From assembly GCA_964495085.1 (NCBI GenBank), contig CAZBUK010000010.1, positions 1,871 through 65,870 on the forward strand: a stretch of 64,000 bases of DNA, given 5' to 3'. Shown here piece by piece: positions 9,977-20,346 of this stretch (the first letter of the stretch is position 1; each line of letters begins with the position of its first letter). The stretch comes from an uncultured Ignavibacteriales bacterium (GTDB lineage Bacteria > Bacteroidota > Ignavibacteria > T3Sed10-11). Under the pieces are notes generated by a model. It was not told the origin of the DNA, made no database searches, and saw only the letters and a program-made list of their open reading frames with translations. Both the position numbers and the translations under genes were made by a program.

Positions 9977-12709
9977 TTATGCAAGCGTCCGTTTGGTTTC
10001 AACGACACGGAATGCTTCGATTATATCTCCGACTTTAATGTCGTTATAACCATCAATGCTGATCCCGCACTCGTAACCGCTCTCGACCTCCCTGACGTCG
10101 TCTTTAAAGCGCTTCAGCGAAGAGATGCCGCCTTCGTGGATCACGATGCCGTCGCGGACTAGTCTGATCCTATTATTGCGGACGATCTTGCCGTCCTGGA
10201 CGTAACAGCCGGCAATCGTACCGACCTTGGGCACCTTGAATGTCTCCCTGATCTCGACGGTTGCCGTGATCTCCTCTTTGATATCGGGAGTGAGAAGTCC
10301 CTCAAGCGCGCTCTTCACTTCGTTAATCGCGTCGTAGATAACGCTGTATAATCTGATCTCGACCTTTTCATTCTCAGCAAGCCGCCGCGATGAAGTAAGC
10401 GGCCGGACATGGAATCCGACGATGATCGCGCTCGAAGCCGCTGCCAGGAGAACGTCCGCATCGTTGATGGCACCGACGCCGCGGTGGATGACCCGCACTT
10501 TGACCTCATCCGTCGAGAGTTTTTCCAGCGCCTCCGAGAGAGCCTCGACTGATCCGTCAACGTCTCCCTTGACGATGGTGGAGAGTTCTCTGACCTCGCC
10601 GGTCTGAATGCTCTTCGAAATATCGTCGAGCGTTACATGTCTTATCTGACGAAGATCCTGCTCACGTTTGAGCTGCTGGCGTTTTGTCGCAATATCCCGG
10701 GCTTCGGCTTCGTCCTCCATGGAGACGAATTTATCGCCGACCTTCGGCATTCCGTCGAAGCCGGTAACTTGGACCGGTTTCGAGGGGGGCGCAACCTCGA
10801 TCCGATTCTCCCGCTCGTCGTACATCGCCCTGACTCTGCCGCTGAATAATCCTGCAATGAAAGGATCGCCGATCTTGAGCGTACCGGATTGGACCAGCAC
10901 GGTAGCCAAGATGCCTTTACCGCGGTCGAGTTCGGCTTCGATGAGAACGCCGCGGGCTGATTTATCCGGATTGGAACGCAGATCGAGCAGCTCCGATTCG
11001 AGGAGAATTTTTTCAAGCAGCGTATCGATGTTCTTGCCATGTTTCGCGGCGATCTCGACGGATTGGTATTTACCTCCCCACTCTTCGACAAGAACGTTGC
11101 GTTCCGATAATTGCTGGCGTACCCGCTCCGGATTTGAGTTCGGTTTATCGACCTTGTTAATCGCAACTATAATAGGCACGTTCGCTGCCTGCGCATGATT
11201 GATCGCTTCGATGGTCTGAGGCATGACGTTATCGTCGGCGGCGACCACGAGGACGACGATATCCGTTAGTTGTGCACCGCGGGCTCGCATTGCTGTAAAA
11301 GCTTCGTGTCCGGGTGTATCGAGAAACGTGATCGTCTTTCCGTTTTCCAGCATGACCTCATACGCACCGATATGCTGGGTAATGCCTCCGGATTCTCCCG
11401 CCACGACGTTGGTCTTTCGAATGAAATCGAGCAGCGTTGTCTTGCCGTGATCGACATGGCCCATGATCGTGACAATCGGGGCTCGGGGTTTAAGGAGTTC
11501 ATCGGGTTCGGTCTCTTTTCCCTCCTCCACTTCTTCGGCGAATTCCTCCTGGAACATCACCTGAAATCCGAATTCATCGGCGAGAAAGGTTATCAAATCG
11601 GACTCAAGCCTTTGGTTGATAGACACCATGATGCCGAGACCGATACACTTCGCAATGACTTCGTTAATGGGTACGTTCATCAGGTTGGCGAGCTCGCCGA
11701 CGGTGATATACTCGATTACACGAAGGACAGATTTCTCGCGCTCCTTCGCTTCGAGAATACGAGCCTCCTCTTCGAGCCGTTCTTTCTTTCTCTTCTTCCG
11801 TGCAACTGCGCGGACGCTTGGTCCGGTCTCATCCATCGCCGCCAATGTTTTCCGGATAGCCTCGGCAACCTCTCCCTCGTCGACCTGGCGGGGACGCAGT
11901 TTTTTCTTTTTCTTCTTTTTCTTGCTCGCATCTTCCGTTTCGACAGTATCCCGCTGTTTCTGGACGACGGTACGGGCTTCTTCACGGACCTTCTTTTTCT
12001 TCTTTTTGCGCTTCTTCTTGAGTCGATCTGCAGCAGACTCTTCCTCACCTGCCGGCTGTGCTGATCTGAGGCCTCCCAGATCGACCCGTCCCTTGATTTT
12101 CAAACCGGGTAGTGGGCGCCTCCCGGTTCTTGCGGATTTTGATCCATCCCCTGCGGCCCTCTTCTTCTCAGCATTTTCTTTAATGTGAGCCTTCTTGTCT
12201 TCGACGGTTTCTTCTGCTACCCCTTCTTCGGGCGTACCTTCACCGGATCCGGTTTCTACTTCCTGCGTCTCAAGTTCCTGCCCTTTCCGGGTCGATGTCT
12301 GTGCCGCAGTATCCCCAGTCATCCCGGTTTCAGGCGTTTCGACGTCCGCCTGAGACGCATCCTCTGTCGATTTTCTTGCGGCTATCTTGTCCGTTCGTGT
12401 TTCAGTATCGGGCTTCTCAGCCGCTTCCGATTCTTTATCTTCACCTTTGTCCTTCTCCCGCTCCTGTTCTCGCTTCCTCTGCGTTTTCCTCAGCTCCGCG
12501 ACCTTTCTCTGGTGGCGTTCAGCGCTGTCTTTGTCTTTTTTGAACGACTGCATAATTTCAGAGACAACGTCCGGTTCGACCGTAGACATATGGCTTTTCG
12601 CCGGATGTCCGCGCTTTTCGAGAAAGTCGAGAATAACCTGGTGACTGAGGTTTAGTTCAGCGGCTATTTTATATACTTTTTGTTTTTTTTGAGCTGTTGT
12701 AGTAGTCAT
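9977..12709 (-). CDS. infB: translation initiation factor IF-2
   Basis: GTPase motifs [20 protein letters not shown] and NKVDK. It has a long Lys/Glu-rich low-complexity N-terminal region. Confidence 0.95.
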   Translation of the reverse strand: MTTTTAQKKQKVYKIAAELNLSHQVILDFLEKRGHPAKSHMSTVEPDVVSEIMQSFKKDKDSAERHQRKVAELRKTQRKREQEREKDKGEDKESEAAEKPDTETRTDKIAARKSTEDASQADVETPETGMTGDTAAQTSTRKGQELETQEVETGSGEGTPEEGVAEETVEDKKAHIKENAEKKRAAGDGSKSARTGRRPLPGLKIKGRVDLGGLRSAQPAGEEESAADRLKKKRKKKKKKVREEARTVVQKQRDTVETEDASKKKKKKKKLRPRQVDEGEVAEAIRKTLAAMDETGPSVRAVARKKRKKERLEEEARILEAKEREKSVLRVIEYITVGELANLMNVPINEVIAKCIGLGIMVSINQRLESDLITFLADEFGFQVMFQEEFAEEVEEGKETEPDELLKPRAPIVTIMGHVDHGKTTLLDFIRKTNVVAGESGGITQHIGAYEVMLENGKTITFLDTPGHEAFTAMRARGAQLTDIVVLVVAADDNVMPQTIEAINHAQAANVPIIVAINKVDKPNSNPERVRQQLSERNVLVEEWGGKYQSVEIAAKHGKNIDTLLEKILLESELLDLRSNPDKSARGVLIEAELDRGKGILATVLVQSGTLKIGDPFIAGLFSGRVRAMYDERENRIEVAPPSKPVQVTGFDGMPKVGDKFVSMEDEAEARDIATKRQQLKREQDLRQIRHVTLDDISKSIQTGEVRELSTIVKGDVDGSVEALSEALEKLSTDEVKVRVIHRGVGAINDADVLLAAASSAIIVGFHVRPLTSSRRLAENEKVEIRLYSVIYDAINEVKSALEGLLTPDIKEEITATVEIRETFKVPKVGTIAGCYVQDGKIVRNNRIRLVRDGIVIHEGGISSLKRFKDDVREVESGYECGISIDGYNDIKVGDIIEAFRVVETKRTLA

Positions 12710-12730
12710 CTAGTCAGGGATTTGTTTATC

Positions 12731-14230
12731 TTACTGCTCAATTGTTTTTTCGTTCGGTTCTTTATTTCCCACACGATCATCATCGGAGCCCTCTTCATCC
12801 TCCGTCTCCTTCTCCGCCTCTCCGGAATTCTCGGAATTACGCGGCTCTCCGTTCGTATCCTGCCGGTCTCCGGCGGGTTGCTCGGTTTGTCCGGATTCCC
12901 CTTCAGTAATTTCTTCTTCCTCCTCCTCTTCATCAGCTTCTCCGGCCTGCTCAGGCACGGCGCTCTCTTCGTCTTCCTCCTCCTCCGCTTCTTCGAGACC
13001 TTCGCGGAGCATTTCTGCGATCCGCTTCATCTGTTCTTCCGGAAGATCTTCTACATCGATTTTCTCCTGATCGTACGCTTCGATCACTTCAAGGACCGAT
13101 GTATATCCCGCTTCGGACAGGAGCGCGAAGCTTCCCGGCTGAATCTCCTCGAGCTCTTCGGTGAATTCGTTGAGGTCGATATCGTACAATCCTCCGATCT
13201 TCTTCACCTTGATCTCAAAGCCGGTGAGTCTCGCCGCGAGGCGGATATTCTGACCGTTCTTCCCGATAAGCAGCGGAACCTGATCCACATCCACCGTGAC
13301 CGTCGCCGTTTTTGCTTCCCGGTCGATCTTGACATCCTTCATTTTTGCGGGTGCGAGTGAGCGCGTTACGTACACCATTGCATCGGAACTGAAGTTGATG
13401 ACATCGATATTCTCGTTATTCAATTCTCTGACGATCGCGTGGATACGGGTTCCCTTCATACCGACGCATGCGCCGACCGCATCGACCCGGTCATCATGCG
13501 ATTCGACTGCGACCTTGGCACGATCGCCCGGTTCTCTGACGATCCCTTTGATCTCGATGACCCCGCCGTAGGCGTCCGGTATCTCGGGGATCTCGAGCTC
13601 GAACAACCTGCGAAGGAAGAGCGTATCGGCGCGCGAGATGATGATTTGCGGATTACCAGCCGCAGTCCTCCGTACCTCCTTGATGACCGCCCGCAGCGTA
13701 TCGCCTTTCTTGTATCGCTCTTTTGGAATCTGTTCGTTCTTCGGCAGGATCAGTTCTTTCTTGTTATGAATGACGAGGATTTCATTGCGCCGGATCTGAT
13801 ATATATCCCCGACGATAATCTCGCCTATCATTTTATTATATTCCTGGAAGATTATTTCTTTTTCGATCTCCTTGATCCGCTGATTCAGACTCTGTTTTGC
13901 ACTCACAATGAGACGCCGGTCGAACCTGTTCAATTCGACAAGCTCGACGAATTCATCGCCGACCTCGAGCGGTTCATCAGTACGCCGCCGAACCGTGTTG
14001 AGATCGATCTGCAGATTCGGATCTTCCACCTTCTCGACGATCTCCCGTTCGAGATAAATCTCGATGTGTCCTTTTTCCATATTAACGATAACGTCGAACT
14101 GCGCGTCGGGTCCGTATTTCTTGCGGACCATCATTGAAAATATATCTTCGATTATCCCAGCCAGTATATCCTTATCGATCCCTTTTTCGCGAACCATTTG
14201 CGCAAATGATTCGGTAATTTCGTAATTCAT
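12731..14230 (-). CDS. nusA: transcription termination/antitermination factor NusA with an acidic C-terminal tail
   Basis: N-terminal domain, S1 and two KH motifs (GACVGMKGTRI; LIGKNGQNIRLA). The C-terminal ~95 aa are strongly Glu/Asp-rich. Confidence 0.9.
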   Translation of the reverse strand: MNYEITESFAQMVREKGIDKDILAGIIEDIFSMMVRKKYGPDAQFDVIVNMEKGHIEIYLEREIVEKVEDPNLQIDLNTVRRRTDEPLEVGDEFVELVELNRFDRRLIVSAKQSLNQRIKEIEKEIIFQEYNKMIGEIIVGDIYQIRRNEILVIHNKKELILPKNEQIPKERYKKGDTLRAVIKEVRRTAAGNPQIIISRADTLFLRRLFELEIPEIPDAYGGVIEIKGIVREPGDRAKVAVESHDDRVDAVGACVGMKGTRIHAIVRELNNENIDVINFSSDAMVYVTRSLAPAKMKDVKIDREAKTATVTVDVDQVPLLIGKNGQNIRLAARLTGFEIKVKKIGGLYDIDLNEFTEELEEIQPGSFALLSEAGYTSVLEVIEAYDQEKIDVEDLPEEQMKRIAEMLREGLEEAEEEEDEESAVPEQAGEADEEEEEEEITEGESGQTEQPAGDRQDTNGEPRNSENSGEAEKETEDEEGSDDDRVGNKEPNEKTIEQ

Positions 14231-14265
14231 CTCATCCTCCGATCCGTTCGATAAATTGAATCATC

Positions 14266-14724
14266 CTACCAGGGTAATTTAATAAGGGCTTTTTGAATCT
14301 CAGTGAAGGGGAAGGCCCTGGCTCCCACCTTTTTCAGAGAGAGCACGATGCCGTCATCGGATACTTCTTTGAGCGTTCCAGATATCTTCCGAAGTTCGCC
14401 TTCTTCATGTACCTGAAGTTCCAGCTCTCTGCCGATATTCCTTTTATATTGCTGTATTAATTTCAGCGGCCTGTCCAGGCCGGGAGACGATACGTTGAGC
14501 CGGTACGTTCCTGTAATGATGTGGTGCCGCTCGAGCAATTGGTTCAATTCCTTACTGAACTCTCCGAGCCGGGCAGCTGTGATGCCCTCTTCCGTATCGA
14601 TGTAGACTTCGACGATTTTTGTGTTTCTTTCACCCCGAACCGTAAGATCAACGAGAAACGCTCCGCCGGCTTCGATCGCCGGAATAAAGATTTCCCGAAT
14701 CGCATCTACGTTTTCTCTCTGCAT
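14266..14724 (-). CDS. rimP: ribosome maturation factor RimP
   Basis: 152 aa directly upstream of nusA; the LNVSSPGLDRPL motif is typical of RimP. Confidence 0.85.
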   Translation of the reverse strand: MQRENVDAIREIFIPAIEAGGAFLVDLTVRGERNTKIVEVYIDTEEGITAARLGEFSKELNQLLERHHIITGTYRLNVSSPGLDRPLKLIQQYKRNIGRELELQVHEEGELRKISGTLKEVSDDGIVLSLKKVGARAFPFTEIQKALIKLPW

Positions 14725-14747
14725 ATCGGCTCCCGGGCAAAAAGACT

Positions 14748-14775
14748 AAAAAAAATAGCCCATCTGGTGGGCTAT
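14748..14775 (-). terminator. rho-independent terminator after the thioesterase gene
   Basis: The plus strand reads AAAAAAAA-TAGCCCA-tctgg-TGGGCTA. On the minus strand this is an 8-bp stem (counting the flanking A-T pair) followed by a U8 tract, 70-100 nt downstream of the stop at 14849. Confidence 0.7.
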
Positions 14776-14848
14776 CTTAACGAAGGGCTATAAGTTATTA
14801 AAAAAAACATTGTAAATCAATAGGTTAGCTCTATATCCTGCGATTAAA

Positions 14849-15310
14849 TCAAGGACGCAGAATGGTATCCCGTTCCGATAGCACGGATCCTTCATAGTTT
14901 CTCACTAATTTCCTGAAATCCTCCGGAACCCGTACCGGAGTCCATATCGAGGCATCCAACCAGACATGGTATGCCCGATTCTCAACGACGGTATCTCCCG
15001 TCTGAACATCAATTATCAATCCCTCGAAAATAAAACTTGTATTCCCGATTTCAGGGATTCGAGTACAGATTTCGAGTTCCGAGTCGAACCTCGCAGGATT
15101 TTTATAATCTATCTCATTCCGGGAGAGCACAATCCGATGAACGGAATTAATCGAATTCAGGTCCAGTTCTGCGCCTATATGGCGGAGATATTCGACTCTG
15201 CCTATTTCACAATAGAGCAGATAAATGGTATTATGCACAACGCCCTGCCAATCGACTTCATAATTTCTTACTCGAAGCCGGTGCCTGAATCGAAATTGAT
15301 TAATATTCAT
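14849..15310 (-). CDS. acyl-CoA thioesterase, 4HBT/YbgC family
   Basis: 153 aa. The N-terminal pattern FRHRLRVRNYEVDWQGVVHNTIYLLYCEIGRVEYLR matches the hot-dog fold thioesterase pattern. Confidence 0.65.
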   Translation of the reverse strand: MNINQFRFRHRLRVRNYEVDWQGVVHNTIYLLYCEIGRVEYLRHIGAELDLNSINSVHRIVLSRNEIDYKNPARFDSELEICTRIPEIGNTSFIFEGLIIDVQTGDTVVENRAYHVWLDASIWTPVRVPEDFRKLVRNYEGSVLSERDTILRP

Positions 15311-15409
15311 AAACGGTTATTCAGTAACTAGGTATCCCTTTTTAGTGTTATAGCTTGTTGCGCCTCTTGTACCGGATCGAAGAGAGGCGTAACCATATTG
15401 ATGCTTACA

Positions 15410-17116
15410 TCAGTCGTTATTTTTACTGTATTTATTCTGGAATGCGAAAATCCTTTTTCTCATGTTTTCACCGGCAGCCGCCATTACCGGGAGCATACCC
15501 AACAGGAGACAACCTTTCGCAAACCAATCCCCGTAGCGTACATAGTACGATTTTTCTCTCACGACGGGCACTTCATACACCGTCTGTGTCCTGGTAAACA
15601 TACGTGTTTCGAACAGAACGACGCCGTACGGATCGATGAACGAAGATATTCCGCCGTTTGCCGCCCGGGCGATCGACCGCCTGTTCTCGATAGCCCTGAT
15701 GATCGAAAACTGATGATGTTGCCGGGGACCGGGCGTTCTCCCCCACCAGCTGTCATTGGTGATCACGAGAATAAGACCGGCTCCGCGATTCGCAAAATGC
15801 CTCACGAACCCGGGATATACCGATTCATAACAGATAACGACACCGAATGTTACTTCCTCGGGAATTCCGGGTTCAGAATCCCTGGGAAAAGAGAACACAG
15901 TTGTATCCTGACCGGCATCCCAGCCCCCGACCCCGATGTTCCGTCGTATTCTGACGGCGAACTCAAACAGATCTGAGTACGGAATTTTTTCGGCAAACGG
16001 TACGAGTACAATCTTCCCGTAGAACTCATACTCATCTGTTCCCGGCTTGAAAAATGCCGCAGCGTTATATGAAGCATAGCGTTCGCCCGTTTCCGGAATT
16101 ACCTTTGCGGTCGGCGGTCCCTTTCCTTCGGGAAAGAAGACTGCATGCGGCAGTCCGGTGAGCAGCGGAACTCCGGCTTCATCGATGAATTCCCGAAGTC
16201 GCCAGAAGAATATCCGGTTCTGCGGCAAGAGTACATAGAAAGGGACTGCATTTTCGGGCCATACGATAAGGTCGGGGTTCTCCGGGAGCAGCATTTCGGA
16301 TTGGGAGATCAACTGCTCGAGAATTGTCCTCCGATCGGTATCCCATTTTTCGAACGGATCGGTATCAGGCTGTACTATACCTACTCTTAGCGTTTCCTCA
16401 AAATTCATCCTCGCATTGAGTACTCTCGTGCCGTACAAGGACGGCAACAGGTGAAGAATTACGATAAGCGCAGCCAGAGATATCGCCTGAATCGATCCGG
16501 GCTTCCAAATTCTGAGTGCGAGCGTACGGAACAACACGAACCCGGCAACATTCAAAACCATTATCCAGAAGGACAATCCGTAGATGCCGGTCACCGATAT
16601 TATCTGCAGTCGTGGCAGATCATACGATTGTGTATTACCCAGCGTCTGCCACGGAAAGGCGAGATCCCCGATGCTGTGTACGTATTCATATCCCACCCAG
16701 ATAAACGGGAGCGCGATCAGCGCCGGAGTCAGTCCGAACGTCCGGCGAATTGCAAGATATCCGATCACCGGGATGAAGAAGAAAAACGGGTGCGCCACCA
16801 ACAGTAATCCCCCACCCACCATCTGCATCGTATGTTTCAGATGTACAAACCCGCCCATCCAATATACCGTAATAATCTGCAAAATGAAGAAAACGACGTA
16901 TGTAAATCTGAGCGGACGGGAATAGCCATCGGTGAGTTCGAATACGAGTAACAGAGGTATCAGACCGAAGCATGCGAGAACACCGAGTTCCCATGGCGGA
17001 AATGAGAAGCTGAGCATGAAACCGGATATGAATGATAAAAACAATAAATATCTGCGGCTCATTTTCCTTTCATCGGCCGTCCCGGAAATAACTTTTTTTT
17101 CACGGCTCTTGCGCAT
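15410..17116 (-). CDS. lnt: apolipoprotein N-acyltransferase
   Basis: Multi-TM N-terminal half plus a C-terminal CN-hydrolase domain (VWPENA, VVICYESVYP catalytic Cys). The true start may be the internal ATG at 17062 (MSRRYLLFL), which removes the overlap with the PAP2 gene. Confidence 0.85.
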   Translation of the reverse strand: MRKSREKKVISGTADERKMSRRYLLFLSFISGFMLSFSFPPWELGVLACFGLIPLLLVFELTDGYSRPLRFTYVVFFILQIITVYWMGGFVHLKHTMQMVGGGLLLVAHPFFFFIPVIGYLAIRRTFGLTPALIALPFIWVGYEYVHSIGDLAFPWQTLGNTQSYDLPRLQIISVTGIYGLSFWIMVLNVAGFVLFRTLALRIWKPGSIQAISLAALIVILHLLPSLYGTRVLNARMNFEETLRVGIVQPDTDPFEKWDTDRRTILEQLISQSEMLLPENPDLIVWPENAVPFYVLLPQNRIFFWRLREFIDEAGVPLLTGLPHAVFFPEGKGPPTAKVIPETGERYASYNAAAFFKPGTDEYEFYGKIVLVPFAEKIPYSDLFEFAVRIRRNIGVGGWDAGQDTTVFSFPRDSEPGIPEEVTFGVVICYESVYPGFVRHFANRGAGLILVITNDSWWGRTPGPRQHHQFSIIRAIENRRSIARAANGGISSFIDPYGVVLFETRMFTRTQTVYEVPVVREKSYYVRYGDWFAKGCLLLGMLPVMAAAGENMRKRIFAFQNKYSKNND

Positions 17117-17720
17117 CGGCGACTCCTTTATTTCGTACTCGGAATATCCGAGAGTACAGGTTATCGCTCAGACGGATCACCACGAGAACGATTAATCCGC
17201 ACAGTATGCCGACAACGATCCCGGCCAGCACATCGAATGGGAAATGCACGCCAACGTAAATCCTTGAGTATGCGACGAAACCTGCAAATATAATAAAATA
17301 CCACTTATAAGCGGGATAAGAGGCCGTCAGGAATGCGGCAACAGCCGCATTGTTTACTGCATGCGATGACGGAAAGGATAGACCGGTACCGCATCGGACG
17401 ATAAGCCGGACAGTCTCTACGTTGAGCACACCGTCGGAGAAGTGGCAGGGCCGCGCACGCTGAAATAATGCCTTCAATACCGAACTGTTCAACTGATCGC
17501 TCAAAGCAATGACAACAACCAGTCCAACTGCGACGAATCTTCCCTTCCTGCCTCCCTTGATTATCAACGTCAACCACAGCAAAAGGGCAACAACGAGGGC
17601 AACGGGATACTTATTCAGATCGGTTAACACGGGCATGATCAGATCGAAAACAGGATTTGCCATGCCGCTGTTGAGGAGCCCGAACAACAGCCTGTCGAGA
17701 TAGAGAAAGAAGTCAAGCAC
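17100..17720 (-). CDS. PAP2-family lipid phosphatase
   Basis: All three PAP2 motifs are present: KALFQRARP, SFPSSH and SRIYVGVHFPFDV. The protein is polytopic. Confidence 0.8.
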   Translation of the reverse strand: MLDFFLYLDRLLFGLLNSGMANPVFDLIMPVLTDLNKYPVALVVALLLWLTLIIKGGRKGRFVAVGLVVVIALSDQLNSSVLKALFQRARPCHFSDGVLNVETVRLIVRCGTGLSFPSSHAVNNAAVAAFLTASYPAYKWYFIIFAGFVAYSRIYVGVHFPFDVLAGIVVGILCGLIVLVVIRLSDNLYSRIFRVRNKGVADAQEP

Positions 17721-18324
17721 GCGAAGCCCGCACGTTTTTAAAGATTATATATACTACTGCAGATACGAGAACGACGGTAATCAGGAGTGTTGAAAATAAC
17801 CTATACTGTTTGAAAAACTCTCCTATTGAGCGCCAGTTTTCACCGAGGAGAAATCCCGCATAGAGAAGCAACGCATTCCATAAGATCGAACTCAATGCGG
17901 CCAGGAGGAATGTCCATTCGATCCGTAATGCTGCAAGACCCGCAAAAAATGCGATGACCGCTCGTGTACCGCTTAAAAACCTGTTTATTGCGATGAGGCC
18001 GTAACCCCATTTTCTGAACCATCGTTCGGCAGTGTGAATACTCTTCACCGGGATCAGCGGCAGTTTGCCGCTTTCAACAATTCTTTTTCCGAGAGATCTT
18101 CCTAATCCGAACATCGTCATAAATCCCGCCGTGCTTCCCATGACCGCTACGATGAAGACCGGTAAAAATCCGACGGTTTCCGTACCGGCGATATATCCTG
18201 CGAAGACGATAATAATGTCGCTGGGAACGGGTGGGAAAATATTTTCAATGAATGCGAAGAAGAAAATTACCAGGTAGATCGACATCGAATCCAGTGAAGT
18301 GAGCCAGGTTAGAAATGATTCCAC
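17713..18324 (-). CDS. DedA/SNARE-associated family membrane protein
   Basis: 203 aa, polytopic, with FIENIFPPVPSDIII near the N-terminus, typical of the DedA family. Confidence 0.7.
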   Translation of the reverse strand: MESFLTWLTSLDSMSIYLVIFFFAFIENIFPPVPSDIIIVFAGYIAGTETVGFLPVFIVAVMGSTAGFMTMFGLGRSLGKRIVESGKLPLIPVKSIHTAERWFRKWGYGLIAINRFLSGTRAVIAFFAGLAALRIEWTFLLAALSSILWNALLLYAGFLLGENWRSIGEFFKQYRLFSTLLITVVLVSAVVYIIFKNVRASRA

Positions 18325-18334
18325 GAAACATCCC

Positions 18335-18826
18335 TTATAAGCTGCTTTCCAGGGTTACTACGGCTAATGCCGCCGCACCTTCGGATCTTCCGAACGTCCC
18401 CAATCGCTCATGGGTCGTAGCCTTAATATTCACCCGGTCCCTTGATATTTTAAGATGTCCGGAGATAACGTCCTTCATCTGCTCTGAAAAAGGGGCTATT
18501 TTTGGAGATTCAAGAATTAGCGTCGAATCGACGTTATTAATCTTGAAACCGTTATCGACGAGCAACCGATTGACCCTATCGAGGATTACGGTGCTCTTAA
18601 CTCCTTTCCATTCAGGGGAAGTATCCGGGAAATATCGCCCGATATCACCTAAACCGGCTGCACCTAACAGAGCGTCGGATATTGCGTGCAAAAGGACATC
18701 TGCATCGCTGTGGCCTTCCAGTCCTATAGCAGAAGGTATCTCGACACCGCCAAGCCATAACGGTTTGTCATTTACAAAACGATGGACATCGTAACCGATT
18801 CCGGTATAAACTGCCACTAGTATCAC
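18335..18826 (-). CDS. ispF: 2-C-methyl-D-erythritol 2,4-cyclodiphosphate synthase
   Basis: GIGYDVHRF and GHSDADVLLHAISDALLGAAGLGDIG motifs. Confidence 0.9.
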   Translation of the reverse strand: MILVAVYTGIGYDVHRFVNDKPLWLGGVEIPSAIGLEGHSDADVLLHAISDALLGAAGLGDIGRYFPDTSPEWKGVKSTVILDRVNRLLVDNGFKINNVDSTLILESPKIAPFSEQMKDVISGHLKISRDRVNIKATTHERLGTFGRSEGAAALAVVTLESSL

Positions 18827-18845
18827 CTTTAGTTGTTAGTTCTAA

Positions 18846-19127
18846 TTACCTTATATCAAAAGATTTATAGTTTAATGGATTGAGACGTTCCATGGTAAAT
18901 CCGGATATCGATGCATGCCGCGGCCCGGTTTTCAGTTCGGACACGAATGCTGCAACCGCCGATTCCGTACCCTCCGCTTCCACTTCGACACTGCCATTTG
19001 CTAGATTACGAACGTATCCCGTAATGTTCGTTTTTCCCGCTAGCCGGCTTGTGTAGAACCTGAATCCTACACCCTGGACAACTCCCGATATTGAGATATG
19101 AACGCGAATCATTTCTATCCGGATCAT
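18846..19127 (-). CDS. acylphosphatase
   Basis: 93 aa with VSGVVQGVGFRFYT and GYVRNLANGSVEVEAEG signatures. Confidence 0.85.
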   Translation of the reverse strand: MIRIEMIRVHISISGVVQGVGFRFYTSRLAGKTNITGYVRNLANGSVEVEAEGTESAVAAFVSELKTGPRHASISGFTMERLNPLNYKSFDIR

Positions 19128-19156
19128 CCTTTAGAAAAATAAGCATATAACCAAAG

Positions 19157-20197
19157 CTATACTTCAGTTACATCGTTTTTAGAGGCCTTAAATCTGAATC
19201 CCCACCTTTCGAACTCGTCCGAAAGTTCTGAGATTATCAATCCGGCTACAATCGCAGCTCCGCCGAGAATACCGACCGTGCCGAGTATCTCTGAGAGAAT
19301 AAGGAATGCCAGAATCGCAGAGATAACGGGTTCCAGGGCAAAAATAATTGCCGCTCTGGTCGGTGTCGTATGCTGTTGATATCTCGTTTGCAGATAGGTA
19401 GTCAGGAGCGTTGCCAGTAACCCCGTATACAACAAGGCAAAGACCAGGTTCCCCGTAAAATTGATATACATCGTCTCGGTTGTAAACGCTCCGCTGAAAC
19501 TCAGAATCGCGACGGCGGCGATCTGTATATAGGTTAATACAAGAATGTTATACATTTTCGAGTAGACATCGAGATAGACGATATAGAGCGCAAAGAAAAA
19601 AGCGCACGCAAGTGTAAGTCCATCGCCGATATTAAATTCAGATCCACGCGGAGAAGTCAGGAAGTACAATCCTGCCACCACGAACACGATTCCGATCAGG
19701 TTGCCCGGGCGGGGCATCCGCTTTTCGATGAGAAGCTGCAGGAGCGGTGTAAATACGACGAGCAGACCTGTAATAAACCCCGACTTTGAAGCGGTTGTGT
19801 ATTTCAGACCGATGGTTTGTGTCGCAAATCCGATAAACAGGAAAATACCGAGTAGAATTCCCGCTCTCAGCGCGTTGGAGGTGAATTCGGCTTGTCTGCT
19901 GACCACGAATGGGGTCAGGATGAGCGCTGCGAGCAAAAAACGTGTGCCCAGAAAAAAGAGCGGAGATACGTCAGACAGCGCTGCTTTTACGACGACGAAC
20001 GTCCCGCCCCATATGATTGTTGCCACAAACAGATATGCTTCGGCAGTTCGTCGTTGTTTCGTTGCGGCCTCGAGAAGCACGGATCTCCGTAATTGTCGTG
20101 CGAGAATTAAATCAAAAAATATACGAAATATTTTTTTATGAAAAAAAGCGTGAACGGTGTTGCATGTTTGACACGCCGCTACCCCTGATATTTCCAA
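19157..20197 (-). CDS. EamA/DMT-family transporter
   Basis: About 10 TM segments and an IIWGGTFVVVK-type EamA motif. The N-terminal ~40 aa of the longest ORF look non-native. An internal GTG at 20080 is a possible true start. Confidence 0.7.
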   Translation of the reverse strand: MEISGVAACQTCNTVHAFFHKKIFRIFFDLILARQLRRSVLLEAATKQRRTAEAYLFVATIIWGGTFVVVKAALSDVSPLFFLGTRFLLAALILTPFVVSRQAEFTSNALRAGILLGIFLFIGFATQTIGLKYTTASKSGFITGLLVVFTPLLQLLIEKRMPRPGNLIGIVFVVAGLYFLTSPRGSEFNIGDGLTLACAFFFALYIVYLDVYSKMYNILVLTYIQIAAVAILSFSGAFTTETMYINFTGNLVFALLYTGLLATLLTTYLQTRYQQHTTPTRAAIIFALEPVISAILAFLILSEILGTVGILGGAAIVAGLIISELSDEFERWGFRFKASKNDVTEV

Positions 20198-20276
20198 TAC
20201 ATCCGGGACATTCAGATCAAGTCTATGTCGGAGAGTTCAGGATCACCGGCGTACCCCGGACGGTCTAATAGTATTG

Positions 20277-20305
20277 TTGACAATCAGTCATATATTGATT
20301 ATTTT
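20277..20305 (+). promoter_or_regulatory. candidate sigma70-type promoter for hrcA
   Basis: TTGACA (20277-20282), a 17-nt spacer, then TATTTT (20300-20305), about 41 nt upstream of the hrcA ATG. By-eye match only. The promoter consensus of this organism is unknown. Confidence 0.25.
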
Positions 20306-20346
20306 TCCAAATTGTAATGAAATTAATATGTTAACGCTCTAGTGAG

